Positions 19,877 to 31,262 of a DNA stretch of 34,017 nt are shown here, piece after piece; position 1 is the first letter of the stretch, and each line of letters opens with the position of its first letter. The DNA lies in assembly GCF_001194135.2 (NCBI RefSeq), contig NC_068988.1:37874351-37908367 (forward strand), written 5' to 3'. The position numbers and the translations under genes were made by a program. Origin of the DNA: Octopus bimaculoides. Taxonomy: Eukaryota. The notes under the pieces were generated by a model. That model ran no database searches. It was not told the origin of the DNA and saw only the letters and a list, made by a program, of their open reading frames with translations.

Positions 19877-19983
19877 CATATGTTATCTTTTGTTCAAATA
19901 AAGCTTTCCCGGAAAAAAAATAGCTAACATAGCTGTGTAGTAACAAGTTTGCTTTCCATCTGCGTTCAGTCCCACAGCGTGGC
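19062..19983. repeat. Long fold-back inverted duplication: arms 19062-19439 and 19625-19983, 185-bp spacer
   Basis: The arms include ~210 bp of non-SINE sequence (CCGGGAAAGCTTTATTTGAACAAAAGATAACATATGTAATT; GAGACTGTGTCTTATCTTCCTTGTAAGGCTGCATGAAGG) in exact reverse complement. They differ by microsatellite length, a ~35-nt indel and few substitutions. Confidence 0.95.
19460..19700 (-). mobile_element. tRNA-derived SINE, family C (GTCGTGAGTTCAA..CTTGAGCAAGACACTTTATTTCA..CAGCTGGCAAAAATGAG)
   Basis: Same sequence as the copies at 26426-26685 and 30985-31262. The mirrored partial + copy is at 19335-19439. Confidence 0.85.
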
Positions 19984-20230
19984 AATTTGGGTGAAATGTC
20001 TTCTGCTATAGCCTCCGGTCGACCAAAGATTTGAGTGGATTCAGTAGCTGGAAATTAAGAGAAGCACTTCATATGTGTGTGTATCGGTGTCTGAGTTTGT
20101 CCCCGAACCCCATCTCCGGTAGAGTAAGTACTAGGTTTAAAAAAAAATACTGCGATCGATTCGTTCAACAAAAATTCTTCGAGGCGGTGCCCCAGCATGG
20201 CCGCAGTCTAATGACTGATACAAGTGAAAG
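19927..20230 (+). mobile_element. SINE family A
   Basis: TAGCTGTGTAGTAAC, GTTCAGTCCCAC, GTCTTCTGCTATAGCC, tail GGCGGTGCCCCAGCATGGCCGCAG. Confidence 0.8.
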
Positions 20231-20589
20231 ATAAACAATGAAAGTATCTAGAAATATCGGATTGGTGTAAAAATCTCACCTTAACTTAAACGTTAAGGAT
20301 GGTTTCAACTGAAAAAAATTCAAAGGCGGCAGGAAAGTTTGCTTCCATTTTTGACAAAAAACTGAGCACTGGTCTAACAAGGCAGTAACTATATGCGGTC
20401 ACTCGATCTTCTAAAAATAGCAGCCAATCTTCCCTGTACTTATACCGGGCTAACTTTTGATAACGTAGTCTAGTCCTTACAACATATCGCATTATTTTCT
20501 AACGAACACACACATTGGGTAAGAATTGTTCTAGTTACAAAAAGATGGGATTGTCATAACTGGAATGCTTTGATAATATTGTTTTTAAT

Positions 20590-20945
20590 TTTGGTAGAAG
20601 ACTAGTGCTTTTGAGAGGAGGAAAAGTCATAATTGATTTTCCCTCCAGTGCCCAACTGGTACTTATTTCATCAACTCCTTAAAAATGAAAGGCAAAGTCG
20701 ACATCGGCAGCAACTGAACTCAGAACGTAGCGGCGGACGAAATGCAGCTAAGAATTTCGTCCGATTTGTTTAACGATTCTGTCAGCTCACTGCCCTAACC
20801 CGTTTGATAATATCGGTTTCAAATTTTGGCACAAAGCGAGCAATTTCAAGGGAGGAGTAAGTCGATTACATCGACTTCAGTGTTCTACTTGTAAATTACA
20901 TTATCGACCCCGAAATGCCGCTAAGCATTTTGTCATGCGTGTTTA
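20590..20945 (-). mobile_element. Two head-to-tail SINE family B copies (~20590-20796 and ~20810-20945, the second internally deleted)
   Basis: ATGAAAGGCAAAGTCGACATCGG..GAACTCAGAACG, followed by TTTCAAATTTTGGCACAAAG..GTCGATTACATCGAC. Confidence 0.8.
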
Positions 20946-22376
20946 ACGCGTTTGATAATATCAAAAGGCATTGTTGCACTGATTGAATATCTCTCGAATT
21001 ATATAACTGAAACGAAGAACATTAAAACGTCTTCATCGACTAGTTTATCTTATAAAATTTGTATAAGTGTAAGGGAGATAACCTAGTAATTGATGTGTGA
21101 TTTTTCTCTTCGCTTTTATTACAAAAATTCATTTTAATATTTAAATTATGAAGTGTTAAATCCTAAAATCTTGTTTTGAAATATGCTATATTTGGGTAAT
21201 CATGTCAAACTTCTATACACTTCTTTGTCAATTACAGTGGACACTGGCACTAACTGTAGTGGATGAATCTCCAGCGGTTGGGGAAGAACAAATTTAGTAT
21301 AATCAGTTGGTGTTAGCTTACGGAAATAATTTAGTGCGTGAGAAAGGTCACACAGTGTTGTAGACGACCTGCAATACGAAGGGATTATTGCTTGTTCAGT
21401 TATTTTTGAAATGTGATTTGCTTGTTGACAGTGTCTTTTACGTTTTACTTGTTTCAATCATTGGACTGTAGCCATGCCGTGGTAAATTATTTCAATGTAC
21501 CAAATTTGAAACTTTTGATTTAATTTTTTAAAATTTCACAGTATGTGGCAGCAACAGAGAAGTAGAGAGACAGACGGTTATAGGACGTGACACACACATA
21601 CACACACACACACACACATTTACAAACGTACACACAGGTAATCACGAGTTTAAAATAGTGTATAGTAGACGTGTGTGTGTGTGTGCGTTTCATTCCATTG
21701 GACAGCAGAAATGCCACCTGTGAACAATTGTTATCAACTTATTCCCTCTATCTTTAAAGCTACATATTTCTCACACCCATCATTCTTTCCTTTCCTCGTC
21801 ATTTTAAAAGTTACTTATGTGTATGTGCATCTCTGTGTGTGTGTGTGTGTAAGTATGTATGCATGTATCTATGTATTTATGAAAGTATGTATTCATGCGT
21901 GTATATCCCTGAACGACAGCTGTATTAACTTTTACGGCCCACTGCTCCTTCATATTTGTCACTTACACAACTCTGTTCTCCCCTTCCCTGATATCAGTCA
22001 TTCTCCCTATGCTATCTGATTTCCCTTACACTAACACCCTTGCACCCTTCTCATTTTATCAAATAATAGCCTGTCCTACCATTTCAAGTTATAAGATATA
22101 TATCTATATATACATATAAAAACAAATAATAAATGAGTATATGCATATATACGTACAGGTGTGTGCATACCTACGTCTACCTGTATATATAGGTGCATAT
22201 CTGGGTACAGGACATTGCAAACAAAACGTAAACAAGAAATAATAATAACCAGAGTACAGAAAACACACAAGCCACATAGAGAACATTTTCCTTCATCAGC
22301 TACCCCCGTTTTAACACCGGCATTTCGAAGAGTTGGGCAGGACGCATCGTTAAAACGGCTCTTCCCATGGACCGCA

Positions 22377-22426
<50 letters not shown>

Positions 22427-22519
22427 CCAGGGTGCTGAATCTTTCACTGAAGATGACAAAGGACCAAGATGCCTGGTATCTTGCTGTACTCTGCAGCAGA
22501 AGTGTTAAGACAAGGCCTT

Positions 22520-22930
22520 CTGGTGGTATAAAGCACTTGTAGTGGTGTCACATAATAACGCCTGTGCAGTGCCACATAAAAAGCTCTTGTGTAGTGCTGT
22601 GTTAAAAGTACCTATGTGGTGCCGCATAAAAAGTGCCCATGCGATGCCTCATAAAAAGCACTTAGCATGCTCTGTGAAGTGGTTGGTGTTAGAGCATCCA
22701 GTCGTAGAAACCATGCCAAAACAGACTGGAGTCTTCTGCAGTTTGCCAGTTCTGGTCAAACCATCCAACCCATACCAGCATAGACAACGGATGTTAAATA
22801 TTGATGATGATATACCATCATCATCAATTTGATGGACAGTTTGACCAGGGCTGTGCCAGATTCCAATCTGATTTGGCATAGTTTCTACAGCTGGATACCC
22901 TTCCTGACACCAACCGCTCTGAGAGTGTAA
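22520..22930. mobile_element. Two family-D (RTE-tail) elements tail-to-tail: + 22520-22811, - 22817-22930
   Basis: ATTGATGATGAT-ATACC-ATCATCATCAAT junction. GCATCCAGTCGTAGAAACCATGCCAAA is mirrored by TTTGGCATAGTTTCTACAGCTGGATAC. The left copy has several GTGCC.CATAAAAAG units. Confidence 0.85.
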
Positions 22931-22934
22931 TGGG

Positions 22935-23061
22935 TCCTTTAACATGGTTCCAGGTTCAGTCCCACTGTGTGGCACCTTGGGCAAGTATCTTCTATTATAG
23001 CCTTGGGCCGACCAAAGCCTTGTGAGTCGATTTGGTAGAGGGAAACTGAAAGAAGTCCATC

Positions 23062-23102
<41 letters not shown>

Positions 23103-23320
23103 TGTGTTTGTGTGTCTCTGTTTGTCCTCACCAACATCACTTGACAACTGATGCTGGTGTGTTTACGTTCCCGTAACTTAGTGGTTTAGCAAAAGAGGCC
23201 GCTAGAATAAGTTGTAGGCTTACAAAGAATAAGTCCTGGGGTCGATTTGTTTCGACTAAAGGCGGTGCTCCAGCATGGCCACAGCCAAATGACCGAAACA
23301 AGTAAAAGAATAAAAGAATG
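22935..23320 (+). mobile_element. SINE family A with internal (TA)n
   Basis: CATGGTTCCAGGTTCAGTCCCACTGTGTGGCACCTTGGGCAAG..GGAAACTGAAAGAAGTCC, (TA)n at ~23063-23098, tail GGCGGTGCTCCAGCATGGCC..GTAAAAGAATAAAAGAAT. Confidence 0.9.
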
Positions 23321-23749
23321 TGAATAAATCTCTACTCTCCTCTTCATTATCGATTATATACTCTATGGAACATTTGCATTTCTGAATAGGAACACAGAAC
23401 TAGCTAAAGAGTGAAGCATACCTGTATCTCTTTTAAGCTTGAGTACTATTTAATGGACCATTGTGGATAGCCAGCATCTATACCAATTTGTGAGACAGTA
23501 TTGTATCTGCCAGGATAACTTATCCCTTTTATACTCTATTCAATACACACACACACACACACACATATATACATCGCTAATAGCCATTCCCCAGTACTGT
23601 ACTTTATTCATGAATGCATTTTTAATAAGAGACAGTTAATAAAAAACTATTTTAAGCTTAAAAGCAAATAATTATTATTTTGTAATAAAGTAAGAAATAA
23701 ATAAAGTATTTTAAATTTACCAATATGTAAGATTTGGTGGTATTTACGT

Positions 23750-24080
23750 TGTATATGTAGATGGCTGAGGATCGTTGACATCAACATCATCAGCTGACTC
23801 TGAGAGTTCTCATTGTCATTCGATGCATTTAAAAAACTGGTCAGGCATGCATGGAACTGTCTGCTTCTTCTTTGCATCAAGGATTACGTTATAAGGAGCA
23901 AAAGCTTCATGTCAAGCTCCCCCCCCCCATAAGCTTGGGAAAGCATCGAGCAATTGGATCCATGTCTTCAAACATAACAAAACCTTTTTGACATTCACTT
24001 GTATTCAGTCTCAGAGTTGTCATTATCTTTGTCAATTTCTGTGAAAAATTTTTATGCAATCAGAAAATAGGATTTGAAAG
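23750..24080 (-). pseudogene. Probable pogo/Tigger transposase C-terminal relic
   Basis: Manual translation MFEDMDP (23955-23975) and, after a frameshift, EAFAPYNVILDAKKKQTVPCMPDQFFK (23828-23908). This resembles the Tigger C-terminal FE.MDP...Y..IYDEKKK..Q..LD.FFK pattern, recalled from memory. Confidence 0.55.
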
Positions 24081-24391
24081 CACATGTTGCCTTGTCAACT
24101 CCTGTGTACGTGTATGCATGCTTGTTCCGTTTGATGTGTTGAAGTGGAAGAGGAAGCTAATGGGTGTACGTGTGTGTGTGTGTTCTATTTTATGTATTTA
24201 TGTGTGTGGAATGTAGATATAGCAAAAACAATGTCGCATTTAAAACTTGAGAAAAGCCTTGCATATTTGTTCTTACCTGCTTCATTTGTGTATGTAAAAT
24301 CTGTAAATTTCCAAGAAAACGAGATCAACATTGATAAAGCTGCATTAGTTATAATAGTCCATGTGTTTTTTTTTTTAACCACCAAAGAGAT

Positions 24392-24467
24392 GAAATATTG
24401 TAACATACATTAAAGAGCCGAAATACTGCAACATGTATCAAAAAACCGAAATATTGCAACATGCATT
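24392..24467. repeat. Minisatellite, three 28-bp units
   Basis: GAAATA(T/C)TG(T/C)AACAT(A/G)(C/T)AT starting at 24392, 24420 and 24448. Confidence 0.85.
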
Positions 24468-25009
24468 GAGAAAAGGAAGAAATGTAAATTAATACTTACT
24501 ATTGATTAAAGAAAATGCGAACAAAAAAAAATATAAACGACAGTGATTTTTATTAATTTTAAAGCTAAATTAAACAAGATCTGGTGGAACTATACAATGC
24601 ATTTTATGAAATTCATAAAAAAGCATATTTGAAATGGTAAATTAAACAGTATAATACTATCTAAAAGATTCCACATCATAAAAGAGCCATTTTAACCAGG
24701 ATATTAAATTTACTTTAGATTTATTTTAGAAATTTTTGTTGCCAAACTGTATCTTGATCACTGACACTATTCCACTGCAACTTAAACTAGTTTCTCAACA
24801 TGATCTTAGATCAAGTTACTTGTTTGACAAGTACAACTCTAAAATAATATTTAGAGTTCTACGATTTCTTTTGAATTTTTGTTTTCTTTTTTATTCTGCT
24901 TTCTGTATCTAAGATTGCAACAGAATTCTTGCAGTAGGCTAGTTTGAAAGTTTGTAGCAACTGGTGGCGATGTTGTCGTCGTCGCCTCCCCCTCCCCCCT
25001 CCTCCTCCA

Positions 25010-25425
25010 ACTGGCTCAAATATTCTTCCTGTTTTATATTCAAACAGGACAGATCTGGTCTCTAACACGTACTCTACTATGTTATTCTGAAAAATAAACA
25101 GCCACATCATCGAAATCTGAAAGCTATAAGATAATGTGTAATTATACTTATCACTGAATGCTCAACTGACTCTGAGACTCTTACTGCTAATGTACACTAT
25201 GAAAAACACTTTGAGAAATTTCTGAAACATAAAGCTACAGGTGGGGCCCAATACGGGCCAGCCCGTAGAAAAAAAACTCAACATAATATTTAAAAACTAT
25301 TGCCATTTCAAAACTCAGTGACCCCTTAGGTCAGCAGTTAGAATTTAGTGGCCAATGTAATTAATTTAAAACAATGTGAATAACAGAAACATTACATTTG
25401 ATAAAGTAATCTGAATACTAAAGGG
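25010..25425. mobile_element. piggyBac-like MITE (same family as 30593-30767), left end lost, interrupted by a 211-bp insert at 25145-25355
   Basis: Right end GAATACTAAAGGG followed by TTAA (25426-25429). The internal blocks CATCATCGAAATCT.AAAGCT and AATTTAAAACAAT.TGAATAA are shared with the 30.6-kb copy. The insert is flanked by a TGTAATTA duplication. Confidence 0.7.
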
Positions 25426-25582
25426 TTAAATAGCTTTGATCAGCTTATATGCACTGCTACTATAATTTGCATAACAATAACATATCACTGTTGTGTTGTT
25501 CTTTTAAAGTTGAACCTGTCCCATCTATTGTTCCTTGTAGTAAGCAACCCTCACCAGTTGTTATTATTAGTCAATGAGGTCA

Positions 25583-25800
25583 AAGTGGTGAGTTGGCAGA
25601 ACCGTTAGCATGCCAGGTGAAATGTTTAGCAGTATTTCATCTGTCCTTATGTTCTGAGTTCAAATTCCGCTGAGGTTGACTTTGCCTTTCGTCCTTTTGA
25701 GGTCGATAAATTAAGTACCAATAAAACACTGGGGTCGATGTAATCGACTAGTCTCCTCCCCATCAATTTCAGACCTTGTGTCTATAGTAGAAAGGATTAG
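25583..25800 (+). mobile_element. SINE family B, full length, with ~15-bp TSD
   Basis: GTGGTGAGTTGGCAGAACCGTTAGC head, GAGTTCAAATTCC B box. TSD TAGTCAATGAG(G/A)TCA at 25568-25582 and 25801-25815. Confidence 0.9.
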
Positions 25801-26139
25801 TAGTCAATGAGATCAGTGACATTTGTAGTTCTTTCATTTGTGATACATTTTAGTCTGGGTTTGAAATTTTGCAGTAGAATGGACTCTGCTGAAATCACCA
25901 AAGGACCAAGCAGTGGTGCTAAAAATCACTTGGATTTTTCTTTTATATAATGGTTTAGTGAAAACCTCAGTAATAGATGAGTGAAGGGGCAGATGAGTAA
26001 GTAATATTCAGATTGGAGGCCTGCTTCAAATATTTGTTAACGGAGTGGACTATGTCCAAAGGCTGCTAAGTGGTGCTGTTAAAAAACCAGGTAATGGATA
26101 AATCTATCATTCATATTTGGGAATAATCATTATTACTAT

Positions 26140-26835
26140 AGGCACAAGGCCATAAATTTTGTGGAGGGAGGGCTAGTCAATTACATCAACCCTAGTAGTT
26201 GACTGGTACTTATTTTCTCAGCCCTGAAAGGATGAAAGGCAAAAATGACCTGGTGGAATTTGAACTCAGAATGTAAAGCCATAAGAAATGTCACTAAGCA
26301 GTTTGTCTGGCATGCTAATGATTCTTCCAGCTCACTGCTCTCATCTTTGAGAATAATGGTTTCAAATTTTGGCACAAGGCCAGCAAATTTGGAGTGGGGT
26401 TAAATTGATTACATCAATCCCAGTGAAGTTAGTTACCTTGTTGAGTCATGGCGACTCATAAGGGCTGATTTCCTGGTTCCCATGGCTTATAAGTTCCCCA
26501 CCTGGATGGGATGCTGGTCAGTCACAGGATTAGTCATTTTTGGCAGCTGAGTTGACTGGAGCAACGTGAAATGAAGTGTTGTTTTGTTCAAGAACAAAAC
26601 TCGTCACCCGGTTCAGGAACTGAAACCACAATCTTACGATCATGAGTCCAATACCCTAACCACTAAGCTACACACACCTCCACAGATCCCAGTGCTCAAC
26701 TGATTCTTATTTTATCAACCCCAAAAGAATGAAAGGCAAAGTCAGCCCTGGCAGAATTTGGTCTCAGAATGTAAAGACAGACAAAATGCTGCTAAACGTT
26801 TTGTCCTATATACTTATGATTCTGCCAGCTCGTTG
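26140..26835 (-). mobile_element. Two head-to-tail SINE family B copies; the second is interrupted by a family C SINE
   Basis: GGCACAAGGCC..GATGAAAGGCAAA..GAATTTGAACTCAG (26140-26345), then a second copy at 26355-26425 plus 26686-26835. Confidence 0.85.
26426..26685 (-). mobile_element. SINE family C nested in SINE B with a 9-bp TSD
   Basis: ATCCCAGTG at 26417-26425 and 26686-26694 flanks CAGCTGAGTTGACTGGAGCAAC..CCCTAACCACTAAGC. Confidence 0.85.
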
Positions 26836-27084
26836 CCTTCATCTTTGGAAATAAAACCCACTAAAATATAATGTATGAGTGCAGGTTCAAATGCTGCTTC
26901 TACTAACATTATAATTAGATCACTGATACCGATTAATGGAAGATGTTAAGAGAACTGTTAATGAATCTATTAGGAGAATGAAAAAACACCAGAGAATATA
27001 TTATTAACTGTGGAACTAATGGTTACATAGTAATTTTTATTCATTAGACTGAGAAATAAGGTTAAAACCATGTGTTGCTGTTGT

Positions 27085-27300
27085 TGTTGTTATCATGGCA
27101 AACTGGCTGATTTGTTCGTGCATCAGACAAAATGGTTAATGGCACTTCTGGCTCTTTACATTCTGAGTTTAAATGCCACCGAAGTAGACTTTGTGTCTTT
27201 TATCATTTTGGGGTTGATAAAATAGGTACCAGCTGAGTACTGAGATCAGTGTAAACAACTTCCCAGTCCCTGCAAAAATTGTCTCCCTTGTTCCAATATT
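27085..27300 (+). mobile_element. SINE family B, diverged
   Basis: ACATTCTGAGTTTAAATGCC..GACTTTG..GGGGTTGATAAAATAGGTACCAG. Confidence 0.7.
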
Positions 27301-28280
27301 GGAAAGAAGTATCGTTGTTCCATTCAAGGTCAACTCTGAGGAAGCAGACCCATGATGTGAAGTATTCCAATTGTGACCAACCTGTCTGTTTCCTGGTTTA
27401 GAAGGATCGCATTTTCCAGTTGTACCTTTGTAGCAGAACGAATTGACAACATAAAAGAAAGCAAATTATTCTCTCCCCCTTTGATTTATAGTTGTTGTTT
27501 TTGGACGTATCAGAGAACACTTAGCTATAAAGACCAGATTGTAACCATTGTTCTGAATGGTTAGTTTTTAAGTGCAAATTGTTCCCTAAACAATCACACC
27601 AAATTACACAGTAAAATGATATTACACAAATAAATAGTTGGTTGTGGTTATCTAAGAATAACCTTTCACAGAAATATATGTTAACGAAGAAGATATTCCA
27701 TACTACTCGAACGTAGGTACAATACTCGGATCTAGTTCAAAACGGGGGCGCCAGTATTTTCTTAACGAAACACTTTGAAACTTGAGACACTGGTAGAATG
27801 TGTCATATAAAACATCTTTTTCTCTTAGTCTTCTTAAGAAAAATTATTATATTGCAACTTATTTCATGTTAAAGTTGTCGTATTTCTGTAATTTCAACCA
27901 ATCATATACATTAAGTGCTGACTACATAAACAAACGATTCTGGCGGTGATAAAATTATTATTTCCTTGTCAAAAAATGGCTGAAGCATATTGGCAGTAGC
28001 TAATAAACCTTTCTATTATAGGCACAAGGCCTGATTTTTGAGGGAAGGGTTAGGGTTAGGGCAAATGTTGTACACATACAGTTCAGGCAGATGTTAACGA
28101 AATTATATTAAAAATAAAACGAAGGAAAACGAACACACTTGTGTTGCCTCTCTGCAAAATGTCAGAAGTAATGGAGATTAAATACGCTTTATACCGCTTA
28201 AACTGCCAAAGGAGTAACTGTAAACAGCTGAATACTTGTCAGTGATTGGTTGAAATTATCGAAATAAGACAATTTTTTAC

Positions 28281-28438
28281 NNNNNNNNNNNNNNNNNNNN
28301 NNNNNNNNNNNNNNNNNNNNNNNNNNNNNNNNNNNNNNNNNNNNNNNNNNNNNNNNNNNNNNNNNNNNNNNNNNNNNNNNNNNNNNNNNNNNNNNNNNNN
28401 NNNNNNNNNNNNNNNNNNNNNNNNNNNNNNNNNNNNNN
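28281..28438. other. Assembly gap
   Basis: Run of N. Confidence 1.
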
Positions 28439-29154
28439 TGTTCACTCAGTCCTTATTAATTGAAATCGGTTAGTCCACCTTCAGTCAAGTGGGGATATTC
28501 AGGATTCTCCAGTAACATAATAGCAGCCAAATCTGACTCTACTATCATAAGAAAGGAAAGTATAAGGAAGATGGTGAATGAGTTAGTGTGTGAATGTGAT
28601 ATACGACCTGAGATGAAAGGAAGTGGTAAGTGACGATTTATTCTCCATTATAAAATACAATGATTGTCATACATGAAATAAAATAACATAACAGGTTACA
28701 ACAAAGATGTGTGAGAGACTTTGTGGTTAGACATGACTGTTGATCTGTAGACAAAGTTGACATACTGTTTGGTGGTGTGTAGCAGTTGGTCTGTTGGTTG
28801 TGTAGTGTTCATACAGCAATGATGTAGATAGGTGTCTGGAGAAGATGAAAGCAGAAACTGGCTGGTGTCAGAACACCGTTGCTGGAGACGAGTTGCTTGT
28901 GGTCAGTGGTACGTGCCAAAGATCTAGAACAGTCAAGAACTGCCTTTCTTATAGGGAATAGTGGGCTCCCAAAAGCTGGTGAAAGTTTTTCGACCAAGAG
29001 AACACATGATCCATTTTAGAGCATCTGGAGGCTATTTTGACTGTGAAGAAGCTCAATCATTAGAACTTTGTCTTTAGATGTAGTGGATGTAGCAAGCATC
29101 TCTCTATCCTTCATCTCCTTGTAACATTAGCTTTTCTCCACAGAATGCAAATAT

Positions 29155-29370
29155 TGATTTCAAATTTTGGCACAAGGCCAACAATTTCAGAGGCAAGGGA
29201 TAGTCGATTACATCCACCACAGTGCTCAACTGGTTCTTATTTTAATCAACCCTGAAAGGATGAAAGGCAAAGTCAACCTCAGCGAAGTTTGAACTCAAAA
29301 TGTAAAGACGGACGAAATGCCGCCAAGCATTTTGCCTGGTGTGCTAACAATTCTCCAGCTCGTCACCTTA
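29155..29370 (-). mobile_element. SINE family B
   Basis: TTTCAAATTTTGGCACAAGGCC..GGATGAAAGGCAAAGTCAACCTC..CCAGCTCGTCACCT. Confidence 0.85.
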
Positions 29371-30260
29371 TAGAATGAAAATATGAATTAACGTAATTCA
29401 CAAGCAATGTGTAGTTGTTGTTATAGTGATGGTAGGAGTGTGATTTGTATTTTGTTGTTCTTGTTATTTATATTGAATTTAGTCTTGATCAAACGGATCT
29501 ATGATCAAAAAGATACCATCCATCTTTTTGAACAACTAAGATTATATTTCCAATGTATACATCCCTTAAGATGATAGAGTATGAAGTGAGGGATATTTGA
29601 CTGCTGTTTCTTGCAGATGGAGTACTCATGTAGAGGCTTTTCCTCTGTATGTTGTTTATATCTTGTTATTTTGCTTCAAGTCAGCTTTGATCAAGAAGAT
29701 CTATGATTGAAAGATTACAGAGCTTTGATGGTTGGCCAGTTGTTTATATAATTAATGATAATGATAATGTCTATATAATCAGTAGTTGTGGTTGTGATAG
29801 TATTAACAGTAATCAGAATGGAACATTGGCAGAATTGTTAGAGAGTTAAAGTAAATGCCTTGTGGTATTTAGTTACAGTTCTCTACATTTTGAGTTTAAA
29901 TCTTTCTGATGTCAACTTTACCTTTCACACTTCTGGTGTCAATAAAATCAAGTATCTGCCAAGAAGTGATTCAGTTAACTGTTCTCTCCACTGAAATTTG
30001 TGGTCCTTTTCCCAGACTTAGAAATCAGTGTTTATATTAAAAGGCATTAATTTTAAAATTATAGTCCTTTGCTCTACCAACTGAGTTTATTTCAGTGTTG
30101 GACAAAAGGCAATACAATATTTAGTTACAAAGCTACAGTCATATCATGTTGAATACATTGGTTCTCATCTCATCATCAAAGTTAAACAATGTCAAGTCTA
30201 GTTGGTACTTAAATGAGTGACCACTTAGGAAACCAAGGTGTTGTAAGCATCTCACTCTTC

Positions 30261-30478
30261 AAGGTGGTGAGCTGGGAGAATCATTTGCATGCTGGGTAAA
30301 ATGCTTAGTGGTATTTTGTCCATCTGTACAATCTGGGTTCAAATTTTGCAGAGGCTGACTTTGCCTTTCATCCTTTTGGGGTCGATAAAATAAGTGTCAG
30401 TTGAACACTGGAGTCAATGTAAGTGACTTATCCCTTCTCTCAAACTTGTTGGCCCTGTGCCAAAATTTGTGACCAATA
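30261..30478 (+). mobile_element. SINE family B
   Basis: GGTGGTGAGCTGGGAGAATC..GGGTTCAAATT..GACTTTGCCTTTCATCCTTTTGGGGTCGATAAAATAAG..GTGCCAAAATTTG. Confidence 0.85.
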
Positions 30479-30592
30479 TTTAGTTAGAAGTTTTATATTC
30501 AGAGTTCAAATCCTGCCAAAGACAACAATTAACTTTCATCCTTCTGAGAGACTATAAAACAATGTACCAGTCAAATATTGGTGTTAGTTTAA

Positions 30593-30767
30593 CCCTTAGC
30601 ATTTAAACCAGTCAGGTCTGGCCTCTCACATCTAACCTGCAATGTTATTCTAAAAATGTGAAATCCCATCATGAAAATCTCAAAGCTGTGAGGTAATGTT
30701 TGATTAATTTAAAACAATATGAATAAGCAAGCATTACATTTCACAGAATAATCTAAATGCTAAAGAG
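30593..30767. mobile_element. piggyBac-like MITE, 175 bp
   Basis: TTAA|CCCTTAGCATTTA ... TAAATGCTAAAGAG|CTAA: imperfect TIRs and a TTAA/CTAA target site. Confidence 0.7.
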
Positions 30768-30984
30768 CTAATTAACTAAAACCTTTTTAAACCCTTTTGT
30801 CACTATATTTCTGTACAAAGTTTTGTTACTATATTTCTGTACAAAATTTTGAAATAATCAAGAATTTAGTAAAATAACCTTACCAGTAATTAGCTGGTGT
30901 TATGAACATAAAATTTTAATGGAAAGATTTTAATTTAGTTCATTTCAAACAGGAAGTTTGTATGATAGAATCTGGAGATAGAAT

Positions 30985-31262
30985 CTGTTAGTTATGACGA
31001 CGAGGGTTCCACTTGATCTGATCAGCAGAACAGCTTGCTCATGAAATTAACGTTTTTTTAGTTCTTAGGGAGAATCAGTATGACACAGAGTGTAATGAGG
31101 CTGGCCCTTTGATGTACAGGTACTACTCATTTTTGCCAGCTGAGTGGACTGGAGCAACAGGAAATAAAGTGTCTTGCTGAAGAACACAATGTGTCGCTGG
31201 GAATTAAACTCACGACCATACGATTGTGAGCCAAATATCCTAACCACCAAGCCACATGCCTT
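30985..31262 (-). mobile_element. SINE family C
   Basis: TACTACTCATTTTTGCCAGCTGAGTGGACTGGAGCAAC..AAATAAAGTGTCTTGC..CCTAACCACCAAGCCACATGCC. Confidence 0.85.

Noticed and set aside
22270-22380. Minus-strand CGAAA...CTGATGAAGG with a 10-bp inverted repeat (22306-22315/22349-22358), considered as a permuted hammerhead
   Set aside because: Stems I and III cannot be formed around a valid NUH site; only isolated core words match.
22540-22665. Short repeated GTGCC.CATAAAAAG units with variable spacers, superficially CRISPR-like (also 24392-24467)
   Set aside because: The units are degenerate, the spacers are too short and related to each other, the context is eukaryotic and there are no cas genes. 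They belong to the RTE-tail element and a minisatellite.
24859-25110. Minus-strand ORF with an apparent splice acceptor TTTTTCAG at ~25089-25096 and a GGGGGRGRRRR tract
   Set aside because: The acceptor and first half lie within the piggyBac-like MITE and the rest is simple repeat; no support for a host exon.
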